From NCBI RefSeq assembly GCF_000009965.1, contig NC_006624.1:90001-122000 (forward strand): a stretch of DNA of 32,000 nt, written 5' to 3'. Under the pieces are notes generated by a model. That model ran no database searches, was not told the origin of the DNA, and saw only the letters and a program-made list of their open reading frames with translations. The position numbers were made by a program, and so were the translations under genes. The stretch comes from Thermococcus kodakarensis KOD1 (lineage in GTDB: Archaea > Methanobacteriota_B > Thermococci > Thermococcales > Thermococcaceae). Every line of letters begins with the position of its first letter. Position 1 is the first letter of the stretch. Shown here in pieces: positions 25,400 to 32,000 of the stretch.

Positions 25400-26404
25400 A
25401 TGGGCAGAAAAATCCCAGCGGTGGCAGTAATAGCGCTGTTCCTATTTCCATTGTTGCTCCCCACTGCGAGCGGGCAGAATCAAGACTACGAATATGACCT
25501 CATAATAGTCCGTAACGACGACCTCATTGACTACATAGTGGCGCTTCCCTATTCAAAGCATCTGGATGTTCCCATTCTCCCCGTAAACCCGCAGGAGCTT
25601 GACCCCGCTACCCTGGCCCAGCTTCAAAGCTATGAGCAGTTCGGCTGGTACCACGTCCTAGTTATAGGTGACTATCAGGCGATAAGTCAGAGAGTCCAGG
25701 AGCAGCTTATGAGTCTTGGCTTTCAGGTCACCAGGATAGGTGGTGAGACCAGGGTTGATACCGCCGCTAAGCTGGCCGAGGAGTTCTACCCCTCTGGAAT
25801 CGACGCCGTCGTCCTGGCCAGTGCGAGTGACTACGGTTCTGCTCTCGCCGCCGCCAGATGGGCAATGGCCTACGACAGGCCGTTTCTCCTCACCAACCCT
25901 TCGAATATATCCCAATCCGTTAAGGACACCCTCGCCAGATTGAAACCAGAAACGGTGATTCTCATTGGAGCGGGTCTCTCCAAAAATATTGAGAAAGAAC
26001 TACAAGACATGGGATACAACACCTATTGGCTCCAGGAGAACATAACTATATCCGTACCGACTTCCACTGTTCCTGAGGGAATAAACTGGGGCTACGTAGT
26101 GGGGGCTGTTGTACTTACACTAGCCGTTGCAATTCCTGCTTCGCTATACTATGCCAAGAAGAAGTGGGCCGCCAACAGGGTCCCAATTGAGGTTTTAACC
26201 GAGAAGGAGCGTGCGGTCGTTAAGGCGATCCTCGAAAATGGGGGAACCATAAAGCAGGAGGAGCTTCCAGAGCTTACGGGCTATTCGCGCCCAACCATAA
26301 GCAGGATAATCCAGGAGCTCGAGAAGAAACAGCTCGTCGAGCGCGAGAAAACAGGGAAGACTTTCATTGTGAAGCTGACGAAGGAAATCATCATGCGTGA
26401 CTGA
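25400..26404 (+). CDS. Membrane-tethered winged-helix regulator: signal peptide, two CWB2-like extracytoplasmic repeats, one TM, cytoplasmic MarR/ArsR-like wHTH
   Basis: Signal peptide MGRKIPAVAVIALFLFPLLLPTASGQ. Repeats contain ...VIGDYQAIS...VTRIGGETRVDTAAKLAEEF and ...VILIGAGLS.... TM segment WGYVVGAVVLTLAVAIPASLYYA. wHTH segment ILENGGTIKQEELPELTGYSRPTISRIIQELEKKQLVERE. Confidence 0.8.
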   Translation: MGRKIPAVAVIALFLFPLLLPTASGQNQDYEYDLIIVRNDDLIDYIVALPYSKHLDVPILPVNPQELDPATLAQLQSYEQFGWYHVLVIGDYQAISQRVQEQLMSLGFQVTRIGGETRVDTAAKLAEEFYPSGIDAVVLASASDYGSALAAARWAMAYDRPFLLTNPSNISQSVKDTLARLKPETVILIGAGLSKNIEKELQDMGYNTYWLQENITISVPTSTVPEGINWGYVVGAVVLTLAVAIPASLYYAKKKWAANRVPIEVLTEKERAVVKAILENGGTIKQEELPELTGYSRPTISRIIQELEKKQLVEREKTGKTFIVKLTKEIIMRD

Positions 26405-26460
26405 GGGTCGGACAAGCCCTCCGCTCATCACTTTTCTCAGGGTCCTGGCTGTCTCCTCAT

Positions 26461-26475
26461 CCCCAAAAAAGAGGG
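26461..26475 (-). terminator. Oligo-T terminator (CCCTCTTTTTTGGGG on the - strand) after the C2H2 micro-gene
   Basis: A T6 run starts 14 nt downstream of the stop at 26485, in the convergent gap with the wHTH gene. Confidence 0.4.
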
Positions 26476-26484
26476 AAAATCGAA

Positions 26485-26628
26485 TCACTTGCGGAAGAGA
26501 TGGCCGTGAGCCTTGTTCACGTGCCTCGTGTATGCCTTGGCACTGCGGAAGACCATCCCACACCTCGGGCAGCGGAAGAGTATCTCTCCGTCCCTGTCCT
26601 CGATCTTGATGGCCTTCAGCACCGCCAT
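26485..26628 (-). CDS. 47-aa C2H2 zinc-finger micro-protein, absent from the ORF track
   Basis: Hand translation gives [47 protein letters not shown], with C-x2-C-x12-H-x4-H spacing. SD GGTGGAGGAG directly upstream. TATA-like AAAATTTAAAAG at 26662-26673. Host-typical codons. Followed by an oligo-T terminator. Confidence 0.6.
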
Positions 26629-26678
26629 CTCCTCCACCCCCGCCCATCCTTTGGGTTTGGACTTTTAAATTTTGCTGG

Positions 26679-27497
26679 TTAAACCCAAATCCTGTTCCCC
26701 TTGACTTTCAGGTATCCAAGCGTCTGTAAGGTTTTGAGGAAGTCCTCTATGGCGTCTTCATCGTAGTAGATGTTCACTCTATCCCCTTCGGCTTCCACCG
26801 TTATGGGCTCTATCTCCATAAGCGCCTCTATAAGTTCGTTCTTTCTCCTGTGCTTCTCCGCTAGTTCAAGAATCTTTTCGGCCAGTACAGAGCGGGCTAT
26901 CGCATCAAAAGTCGCTTCAACCAGGCTCTCTTCAGTTGCATACTCCTCTGCAATTTCAAGCGCATTCTCGAGAAGCTCCCTGTCAACTTCAAGGACTTCA
27001 ACGTAGTAGTGCTTGCTCAGAGTGTACTCCGTTATGAGGGTTGCATTCAGATCATCGAGCTCGTCAAGCTCCTCTTCAAGCCCGTCAATTGGAAACCTGA
27101 GCTCAAGCTCTAGGTTATCCAATGGTGGTTTCCCTCTTAAAACTAGCACTCCGTCGCGCTCCTCAACGGCTCCCTCCTCTATCAGGGCCGTTATCAGGGA
27201 CAGCTTCGAGAGATCTGGCTCTTCAAAAAGCTCGCTCAAGGGCTTTTCCTGGCCGACTTCCCAGTCGCGCATAAGCTCCTCATAGGCAAGCTGGATTGCT
27301 TCAAGTTCTTCCCCGAGGATAGGGGCCTTGGGACTGAGTTCAACGAGTTTTGAGTATTTTCCCCTAACTATCAGGTAGTGCTCTATCTCTGGCTTCGTTT
27401 CCTCGACTGGCCTGTTCATTATTCCTGCCCTGCTGAGCTTTCTAGAGAGTTCGTTCATATCCTCACGGCTTAACACTTCAAGCCTCACGGTCTCCAC
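26679..27497 (-). CDS. Acidic hypothetical protein (272 aa), last gene of the speE operon
   Basis: Glu/Asp/Leu-rich and helical, with wing-like endings (EERDGVLVLRG, LGYLKVKGNRIWV). GTG start overlaps the upstream gene by 20 nt. Start is uncertain (alternatives GTG 27488 or ATG 27458). Confidence 0.65.
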   Translation of the reverse strand: METVRLEVLSREDMNELSRKLSRAGIMNRPVEETKPEIEHYLIVRGKYSKLVELSPKAPILGEELEAIQLAYEELMRDWEVGQEKPLSELFEEPDLSKLSLITALIEEGAVEERDGVLVLRGKPPLDNLELELRFPIDGLEEELDELDDLNATLITEYTLSKHYYVEVLEVDRELLENALEIAEEYATEESLVEATFDAIARSVLAEKILELAEKHRRKNELIEALMEIEPITVEAEGDRVNIYYDEDAIEDFLKTLQTLGYLKVKGNRIWV

Positions 27498-28149
27498 CTA
27501 TCTTAGACTGTTCTTGAGGATTATAACCTTTCCTCAGCAGGGTCTCAAGAAGAGCTTTCGCTGGCTTGTTCGTCACGATGCTGAGAGTCTCTTTCACCTC
27601 GTTTTCCAGTCCGGGTTCGTATCTAGCGTATAGAAGGAGTGCATAGGCTACTACCTTTGGATCTCCCTCGTTCAGAATCTCCATGGAGGAAGCAAGTATT
27701 GGGTCTTCAAGCAGTCTGTTTGCCAGTTCCTCAATTTTCGCCTTGTCATCTGCCTGTACTGCCTCCTTGAGCGGTTTGTAAAACCTTTCAAGGAGAGTTC
27801 TCGCCATGCGCTCCCTCTCAACGAGGTCTGAGCCGGGGCTTTCCCCGGGTTTCCTTTTGAAGAGAAGGTAGTAAACGACGGGTATCGCAAACAGGAGCAT
27901 GAGCACAACGTAGAGCTTTATCGGAATTTTTATTCCGCTTTCTATCCTTCTGGACACAATAACGAGGACTGCTGTTCCAAGGATCATTCCCACCAGTGTT
28001 ATGAGAACGTAGTAAGCGGAGTAATCCTTAATCTGGGGCCCCTTAGCTTTCACACCTAACTCCTCGATGTGTTTCAGCCTGTCCTCAGCTATTTCTATTA
28101 TTGCATTGAGCCGTTTTTCACGCTTTTCTATTTCTTCAAAGACGTCCAT
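27478..28149 (-). CDS. Two-TM membrane protein with cytoplasmic helical domains (223 aa)
   Basis: ATG 28149 is preceded by GGGGGGAGGT. Coiled-coil-like N-terminus. TM segments YYVLITLVGMILGTAVLVIV and LYVVLMLLFAIPVVYYLLF. Confidence 0.68.
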   Translation of the reverse strand: MDVFEEIEKREKRLNAIIEIAEDRLKHIEELGVKAKGPQIKDYSAYYVLITLVGMILGTAVLVIVSRRIESGIKIPIKLYVVLMLLFAIPVVYYLLFKRKPGESPGSDLVERERMARTLLERFYKPLKEAVQADDKAKIEELANRLLEDPILASSMEILNEGDPKVVAYALLLYARYEPGLENEVKETLSIVTNKPAKALLETLLRKGYNPQEQSKIGGDREA

Positions 28150-28180
28150 AGACCTCCCCCCGATACTTGGTGCTCGAAGA

Positions 28181-29062
28181 TTAATAGTCTTCTGGTCTTC
28201 CAGCGGCGACAACCCTGTAGAATGCAATTGCTCCGACGAGGGCATAGAGGTAAGTTGTGAGGGTCTTGTAGAGGAATGCAGTAACGATCTGGGCCGCTCC
28301 GTTGCCTATGGCAATGGTAACACCCAGTTCATTTGCTCCAATTCCACCAGGAGTCCCTAGGACTCCTCCCAAAAACGTGGAATAAAGGACACCTTTGAAT
28401 GCTTCCCCATAGGAGATTTGAACTCCGACCGATTTGCCCACGAGAAAAAGTGTGGTTGCGTTTGAGAATACCATAGAGACCCCCACCAGAATAGCTAGAA
28501 GTACAGAACTTCCCCCTTTGGCTTCCCTCCATCCTTTGTACATTTTGTCGAGCCTTTCAACGGATTTCATTACCCAGAAGAGAGGATAAACAGCGTAGTA
28601 TGCGACCCTGTCAAAGATCATAGTGACGCCCAGTATAACCGCCAGGATGCCGGCTATTGGGTTTCTCGCCATAACTGCGACCATTATAAGGCCCGAAATA
28701 TACTCCGTGGCCATTGCCAGGAGCCCAATGCCGAAGGTGTACCAATAGTCAGTCCCAAGAAGGCGAACCTTAACCAAGAACCCGACCGCAGAGTTGAGGG
28801 AAAACCCGAGATACGTCCCTGAAAGCGTCGCGAGTAGCGTTCTCCTGAAACTGATGCCCCTCTTCTTCAGGTAGACGTACCAGAGCGTAGTGTAGAGGAG
28901 ATAGCCCGCTAAACCTGTGATGCAGGCGAGAAGAAAATATGGAGAGAGCAACAGCCCCGGACTGAGCTCAACCGACGAAGCCTCCGAGTGAACGCGGTAT
29001 ATCAGGTAGGAGGTTATGCCTATCGTCAGTACTATTGTTAGAGCTTTTCTCTTGTTGCCCAA
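28181..29062 (-). CDS. Polytopic membrane protein, UPF0104 / flippase-like (MprF-type TM domain) family suspected
   Basis: 293 aa and roughly 8 hydrophobic segments. TTG start lies 1 nt after the speE stop. The family call is by resemblance only. Confidence 0.7.
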   Translation of the reverse strand: MGNKRKALTIVLTIGITSYLIYRVHSEASSVELSPGLLLSPYFLLACITGLAGYLLYTTLWYVYLKKRGISFRRTLLATLSGTYLGFSLNSAVGFLVKVRLLGTDYWYTFGIGLLAMATEYISGLIMVAVMARNPIAGILAVILGVTMIFDRVAYYAVYPLFWVMKSVERLDKMYKGWREAKGGSSVLLAILVGVSMVFSNATTLFLVGKSVGVQISYGEAFKGVLYSTFLGGVLGTPGGIGANELGVTIAIGNGAAQIVTAFLYKTLTTYLYALVGAIAFYRVVAAGRPEDY

Positions 29063-29063
29063 T

Positions 29064-29930
29064 TTACTGCCCCTCTAGGAGCTTTCTGACGTAGCGCGGC
29101 ATCTGGAAGAGGGTTTCGTGCCTCTCGGGATCGTAGTAGTAGAGGTCGAGCTTCTTTGCCCTCTCAAGGTCTATCCTGGTGAAGTCAACGTCTCCCTTGA
29201 CCCCAACGAGGAAGCTCCAGGGCGAGGCGTAGCCTATTACCGGGAAGCTGAAGTAGTACACCCTGTCAAAGACTTTCTTCATGGCCTTATACGCGTCGAG
29301 GAGCTCGTTCGTGAACAAGTAAACGCTGCCGGCCTGGGTAACGTAAAGACCCTTCTCGTTCAGCTTCTCGTAGGCGTCCCTGTAAAACTCTTCGCTGAAG
29401 AGAAGCTTCGCGGGGCCGACTGGATCGGTTGAGTCCACGATTATAACGTCGAAGCGTTCATCAGTTTCCCTGAGGTACTTGACGCCGTCGCCGATTATCA
29501 GCTCGGCCCGTGGCTCTTCCTTCTTTATGAGCCTGTCCAAAAGGTCTTTGGCGACGTCAAGGTAGAGGTAAGACGCTTCCACAACACCCTCGTCTATCTC
29601 CACCATTATGGCCTTCTCAACGGTGTCATGCCTAAGAACCTCGCGGAGCGTTCCACCGTCTCCACCGCCGATGACGAGAACCTTCCTCGGGTTCGGGTGT
29701 GCAAGCATTACAGGGTGTACCAGGACTTCGTGATAGCTCTCCTCACCAACCTCCACAAGTTGGACGGTTCCATCCAGGACAAGGAGCTTCCCAAAGCCCT
29801 CCGTCTCGTATATCTCAAGACGCTGGTATTCCGTCTGGGTCTCAAACAGTCTCCTCTTCACCTTAAACCCGACTCCGTAGCCGCGAGGGTACCATTCGAT
29901 GAAAGCCCTCTCCTGCTCGTTGTATCCCAT
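29064..29930 (-). CDS. speE: Polyamine aminopropyltransferase (spermidine synthase family)
   Basis: 288 aa from ATG 29930 (SD GGTGGTGAG). Motifs [15 protein letters not shown] and [14 protein letters not shown]. Confidence 0.94.
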   Translation of the reverse strand: MGYNEQERAFIEWYPRGYGVGFKVKRRLFETQTEYQRLEIYETEGFGKLLVLDGTVQLVEVGEESYHEVLVHPVMLAHPNPRKVLVIGGGDGGTLREVLRHDTVEKAIMVEIDEGVVEASYLYLDVAKDLLDRLIKKEEPRAELIIGDGVKYLRETDERFDVIIVDSTDPVGPAKLLFSEEFYRDAYEKLNEKGLYVTQAGSVYLFTNELLDAYKAMKKVFDRVYYFSFPVIGYASPWSFLVGVKGDVDFTRIDLERAKKLDLYYYDPERHETLFQMPRYVRKLLEGQ

Positions 29931-29985
29931 GAGTCTCACCACCGGTGGATACGATGTTGGGTTTTAAAGCTTAGCGTGGCGAGAG

Positions 29986-29995
29986 GTTTATTAAG
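29986..29995 (+). promoter_or_regulatory. TATA box (GTTTATTAAG); spacing predicts a leaderless mRNA for the 30018 gene
   Basis: About 25-31 nt upstream of ATG 30018, with no SD in between. Confidence 0.4.
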
Positions 29996-30017
29996 AAAAT
30001 CGCGTATTGTCCTATGT

Positions 30018-30488
30018 ATGGAAGGAACAGGTATTGCAAGAATCGTGGCCGAGAAAATCGCAGAGGTGTGGGATGAGCTTTTAAACACTGAGATAGTTGG
30101 GATTCCCCATTTGGTTGGTAGTATTTCCTCAGATGGAGAGGTCGAGATGTTTTTAGTGTTCTTTGATGAGTACACGTTTGAGAGAACAATAGAGGACGGT
30201 AGCGTTAGCTTTACTTTTCCAATCGAGGCCACTGACCCGAAGGAGCTGTTTATGTCCCTTCTGAAGTTCATCAGGGAAGGGACGACACCCAGCATTCTAG
30301 AACCCGGTGAAAAGATAAAGGAACCCCTTAAAGAGAACCTAACGAAGAGAGGCTTTGAGGTTCTCTGGATTGCGGGAAACGATTACGTTGACGCTTGGGT
30401 TTCCAAAAGTGGAGTGAAGTACCACCTGAGCTTCGAAAGAACGGGAAAAGACGAATACACTTTGGTGAGAAAAGAAAAAGTTCAGTAG
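30018..30488 (+). CDS. Hypothetical protein (156 aa) between speE and pdaD
   Basis: The ORF-track entry 29628..30488 is extended by read-through antisense to speE. ATG 30018 lies outside speE and has a TATA box at the right distance. No motif recognised. Confidence 0.6.
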   Translation: MEGTGIARIVAEKIAEVWDELLNTEIVGIPHLVGSISSDGEVEMFLVFFDEYTFERTIEDGSVSFTFPIEATDPKELFMSLLKFIREGTTPSILEPGEKIKEPLKENLTKRGFEVLWIAGNDYVDAWVSKSGVKYHLSFERTGKDEYTLVRKEKVQ

Positions 30489-30955
30489 GGGAACATGACG
30501 ACGACCGCTATTGCGGCGGCTGGCTTGTCCTTGACGGTTATCTCGGCGCTTGCAACCTTGAACTCACCGAGCTCCCAGCCCCTCTGCCTGAAGCCTTCTT
30601 CGACCATCTTCCTGACCATTTCCTCGGCTTCTTCCTTGGTGCAGTAGCCCGAATACTCGTAGATCAGACCGCCTTCGTTGTTCTTGCTTATCCCGACGCC
30701 CAGTGCGGCGCTTATCGTCATCCCCGGCTCGTCGCTCTCGATGTGGGCGTAAACTGTCGGCAGGAGCATTCCTATCGGAACGTCGTGTACCTTCTCCATC
30801 CACTCGATATGTGCGGGAATAACGCTGCTTAGCTTGACCAGGTTAACGTTTCCTATGCCCAGCTTGAGGAGTGCGTTGTCAAAGGCGTTCAGCTTAGTCC
30901 CTCCCTCAGCGGTTGCGGCACCTATAAAAGCTCTCTTTGGGGTTGTCCAGCTCAT
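30482..30955 (-). CDS. pdaD: Pyruvoyl-dependent arginine decarboxylase
   Basis: 157 aa. Self-processing site context NLVKLSSVIP. Overall typical PdaD sequence. SD GGAGGAGGTTGAG. Confidence 0.94.
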   Translation of the reverse strand: MSWTTPKRAFIGAATAEGGTKLNAFDNALLKLGIGNVNLVKLSSVIPAHIEWMEKVHDVPIGMLLPTVYAHIESDEPGMTISAALGVGISKNNEGGLIYEYSGYCTKEEAEEMVRKMVEEGFRQRGWELGEFKVASAEITVKDKPAAAIAVVVMFPY

Positions 30956-31454
30956 CTCAACCTCCTCCTTTTCTCTTTAGGTATACTCTCCTCCTGTTAT
31001 TAGATGAGCAGACTGTTTAATCAAACGCGACTTCTTTACCAGCTTAAAAACGTTTCGCTATATCTAAAAGAGGCGATTTGGGGGTGTTTTTGTAGCATAG
31101 AAGGCCCATGGGGGGAAAACGCGCTAAAACATCATTCTCGATGCCATTGAGTAGAGAACGAAGAAGGTTATGATAAGCGTGATTATGTAGAACATCAGGC
31201 CCGCCGTGAAGAAACAAGCCCAAACAGGAACCCATCCTCAAATGTCAATTTTTTCTTTCCCATCCGTTCAAATTCAAATCGCCCCAATGGATACTGCGTT
31301 TGACCGCCCATGATAATTTTTTGACGGCGCTCTCAATAATCTACAGGAATTTCGACTGAACTCCCTATTTCCGGCCACACCAAAAAGCACTGATAACAGC
31401 TTGGACATGATAAGGTTTAAATGCTCAAAGTTGCAACCATGGACGGTGATGTTC

Positions 31455-31859
31455 ATGATCGAAGTCGGGGAATACAAGGTCAAGGAAGGCCTCTACTACA
31501 CGAAAGACCACGAGTGGGCTCAAGTTCTTGATGACGGCACGGTTCTCGTTGGCATAAGCGATTACGCCCAGAAGGAGCTGGGAGACCTCGCCTACGTCGA
31601 GCTTCCGGAAGTCGGCAAGGAAGTCAGCAAGGGCGACGTTCTCTGTGAGATTGAGAGCGTCAAGGCAGTCAGCGAGGTCTACGCCCCAGTCAGCGGCGAG
31701 GTCATCGAGGTCAACGAGGCCCTCGAGGACAGCCCCGAGCTCCTCAACGAGGATCCCTACGAGAACTGGATCGCCAAGCTCAAGCCGACCAACCTTGAGG
31801 AAGAGCTCAAGGAGCTTATGGACGCCCAAGCCTACGCCGAATACCTGAGGAGCCTTTGA
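31455..31859 (+). CDS. gcvH: Glycine cleavage system H protein (lipoyl carrier)
   Basis: 134 aa from ATG 31455 (SD GGTGAT). Lipoyl-lysine motif EIESVKAVSEVYAPVSGEV. The ORF-track start at 31401 is upstream. Confidence 0.94.
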   Translation: MIEVGEYKVKEGLYYTKDHEWAQVLDDGTVLVGISDYAQKELGDLAYVELPEVGKEVSKGDVLCEIESVKAVSEVYAPVSGEVIEVNEALEDSPELLNEDPYENWIAKLKPTNLEEELKELMDAQAYAEYLRSL

Positions 31860-31860
31860 T

Positions 31861-31877
31861 GGGCTTTTTCTTCTTCA
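31861..31877 (+). terminator. Oligo-T terminator after gcvH
   Basis: GGGCTTTTTCTTCTTCA follows immediately after the stop codon. Confidence 0.4.
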
Positions 31878-32000
31878 TTATTTCCTTATTTCTAAAGAAC
31901 ATTAAGCGTTTGAACTTTCTAGCCCTTTTGGATTGGATGTTATCTGTTGGGTGCGTCGAAATTAAGGAATGATTTTTAAGCTTCGCTCCTTTTTATCATC

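Noticed and set aside
26195-26647. 150-aa ORF starting [12 protein letters not shown]….
   Set aside because: It overlaps the 3' part of the wHTH gene antisense and is low-complexity. A different frame in the same spacer gives a compact C2H2 ORF with SD, TATA box and terminator, which explains the region better.
29628-30017. N-terminal 130 aa of ORF-track entry 29628..30488.
   Set aside because: This part runs antisense through the speE coding sequence. The in-frame ATG at 30018 lies outside speE and has a TATA box at leaderless distance. The extension is treated as read-through of an open frame.
31044-31241. 65-aa ORF (MRMGSCLGLFLHGG…) and the 69-aa ORF at 31274..31483.
   Set aside because: Rare codons for this genome, no SD or TATA box in register, and His/Leu-rich nonsense-like sequence. 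The second ORF also overlaps the gcvH leader and start antisense.
31310-31357. Possible C/D-box sRNA (ATGATAA … CTGA, 48 nt), and an ATGATGT box on the - strand near 31126-31136.
   Set aside because: Only a degenerate C box and a single D box. There are no credible D'/C' boxes and no terminal stem. The - strand candidate has no CTGA at all.
31969-32000. ATG at 31969 (MIFKLRSFLS…) that might begin the next gene.
   Set aside because: Only 10 codons are visible before the window ends, so it cannot be supported.
1-32000. Search for CRISPR repeats, IS elements or transposases, integrases, tRNA or rRNA genes, inteins and long (over 30 bp) dispersed repeats.
   Set aside because: None were recognised by eye. 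No regularly spaced direct repeats, no GC-rich cloverleaf-sized islands in the intergenic gaps, and no transposase- or integrase-like ORFs.

Overview
The window looks like a Thermococcales (Thermococcus-like) euryarchaeal chromosome segment. It is gene-dense (about 40 protein genes). Many starts have a GGAGGTGAT-type Shine-Dalgarno (SD) sequence, and most intergenic gaps have TTTATAAA/TTTAAAAA TATA boxes and oligo-T terminators. I found no rRNA, tRNA, CRISPR array, IS or transposase.

Recognisable content, in order:
- Zn-ribbon protein and aEF-1beta.
- A proline-catabolism island: a small membrane protein, a Na+/solute symporter and two paralogous dye-linked L-proline dehydrogenase loci (alpha-beta type and alpha-gamma-delta-beta type).
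- MFS transporter, GNAT acetyltransferase, aMBF1 and a VapBC pair.
- ClpP-fold SDH-type protease and a 567-aa protein built from about eight winged-helix-like repeats.
- TBP, a YbjN-like protein and an HDAC-family deacetylase.
- IorAB, a second VapBC and the alpha subunit of ADP-forming acyl-CoA synthetase (ACD), all packed into one gap-free gene string.
- An archaeal ATPase with a DUF234 domain, and a UPF0173 metallo-hydrolase.
- A secreted-domain/TM/winged-helix regulator.
- A speE-led membrane operon, pdaD and gcvH.

Gene order matches my unverified recollection of the T. kodakarensis TBP/IOR/PdaD neighbourhood.

Three likely genes below the 60-aa cutoff of the ORF track were found by hand translation: two VapB-like antitoxins and a 47-aa C2H2 zinc-finger protein.

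I cannot point to one proven novel system. The best candidates are:
1. The VapBC cassette translationally wedged between acd-alpha and iorA.
2. The speE-coupled four-gene membrane/acidic-protein operon, plus the C2H2 micro-protein.
3. The membrane-tethered wHTH regulator with an extracellular CWB2-like domain.
4. The ATPase-wHTH-nuclease gene with a tandem palindromic operator over its start codon.
5. The eight-repeat winged-helix protein next to TBP.

All functional calls rest on motif recognition by eye. No database search was run.
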